Shown here in pieces: positions 63,841 through 64,000 of a DNA stretch of 64,000 nt; position 1 is the first letter of the stretch, and every line of letters begins with the position of its first letter. Both the position numbers and the translations under genes were made by a program. The notes under the pieces are model-generated. The model worked only from the letters and a program-made list of their open reading frames with translations. It was not told where the DNA came from and searched no databases. The stretch comes from Spirochaetia bacterium (GTDB taxonomy: Bacteria; Spirochaetota; Spirochaetia; SZUA-6; Bin103), in contig OZ241907.1 of NCBI GenBank assembly GCA_965203515.1, positions 2,624,001 through 2,688,000 on the forward strand, written 5' to 3'.

Positions 63841-64000
63841 ATGGCTCTGGTAGCCCTGATCTCTCGCGACCACTATGCGGTCCCCACCGACCTGCCGGAG
63901 AGGATCGCGGCGGCGGGAGGCGACTTGCGGCAACGCGACTGCGCCGGCGCCGCGGAGGTGATCGACGCGGCGCGCGGCGCGGTCGTGGTCTGGGTGTTCG
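63841..64000 (+). CDS. 5' part of a probable 2-hydroxyacid dehydrogenase-like protein, truncated by window edge
   Basis: TACCAT, 6 nt, ATG; open to the end: MALVALISRDHYAVPTDLPERIAAAGGDLRQRDCAGAAEVIDAARGAVVVWVF. Confidence 0.5.
   Translation, partial: MALVALISRDHYAVPTDLPERIAAAGGDLRQRDCAGAAEVIDAARGAVVVWVF

Overview
This is a GC-rich bacterial chromosome segment. Most of it is gene-dense housekeeping and catabolic backbone: the end of a peptide ABC operon, a sugar ABC operon, MFS transporters, oxidoreductases, acs, a P450, xdhC/mocA-like genes, heptose/GT9 genes, DUF58-transglutaminase, D-amino-acid enzymes, a GldA/FG-DUF4340 ABC module, an aldehyde dehydrogenase and alkD. Three accessory patches interrupt it. 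(1) About 13.87-21.48 kb is a hotspot between a DUF3179 gene and a nitrite/sulfite reductase gene. It holds intact and broken defence- or selfish-type genes (HExxH fragment, HNH endonuclease, AAA-DUF4143, FRG fragment, low-GC orphan, ADP-ribosylglycohydrolase fragment, Uma2, methyltransferase remnant), plus decayed internal copies of both flanks. (2) A second AAA-DUF4143 gene lies at 50.7-51.9 kb. (3) A truncated NYN nuclease and a STAND/NACHT-like ATPase lie at 60.0-62.6 kb. The most notable signals are the nested flank duplications, an in-frame array of 14-bp palindromes inside the HNH gene, a TTGAA-N9-TTCAA palindrome upstream of both DUF4143 genes, a MurA homologue lacking two PEP-carboxylate arginines, and many apparently leaderless promoters. 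I saw no rRNA, tRNA, CRISPR array, integrase or transposase. All family assignments come from recognising motifs by eye, not from database searches.
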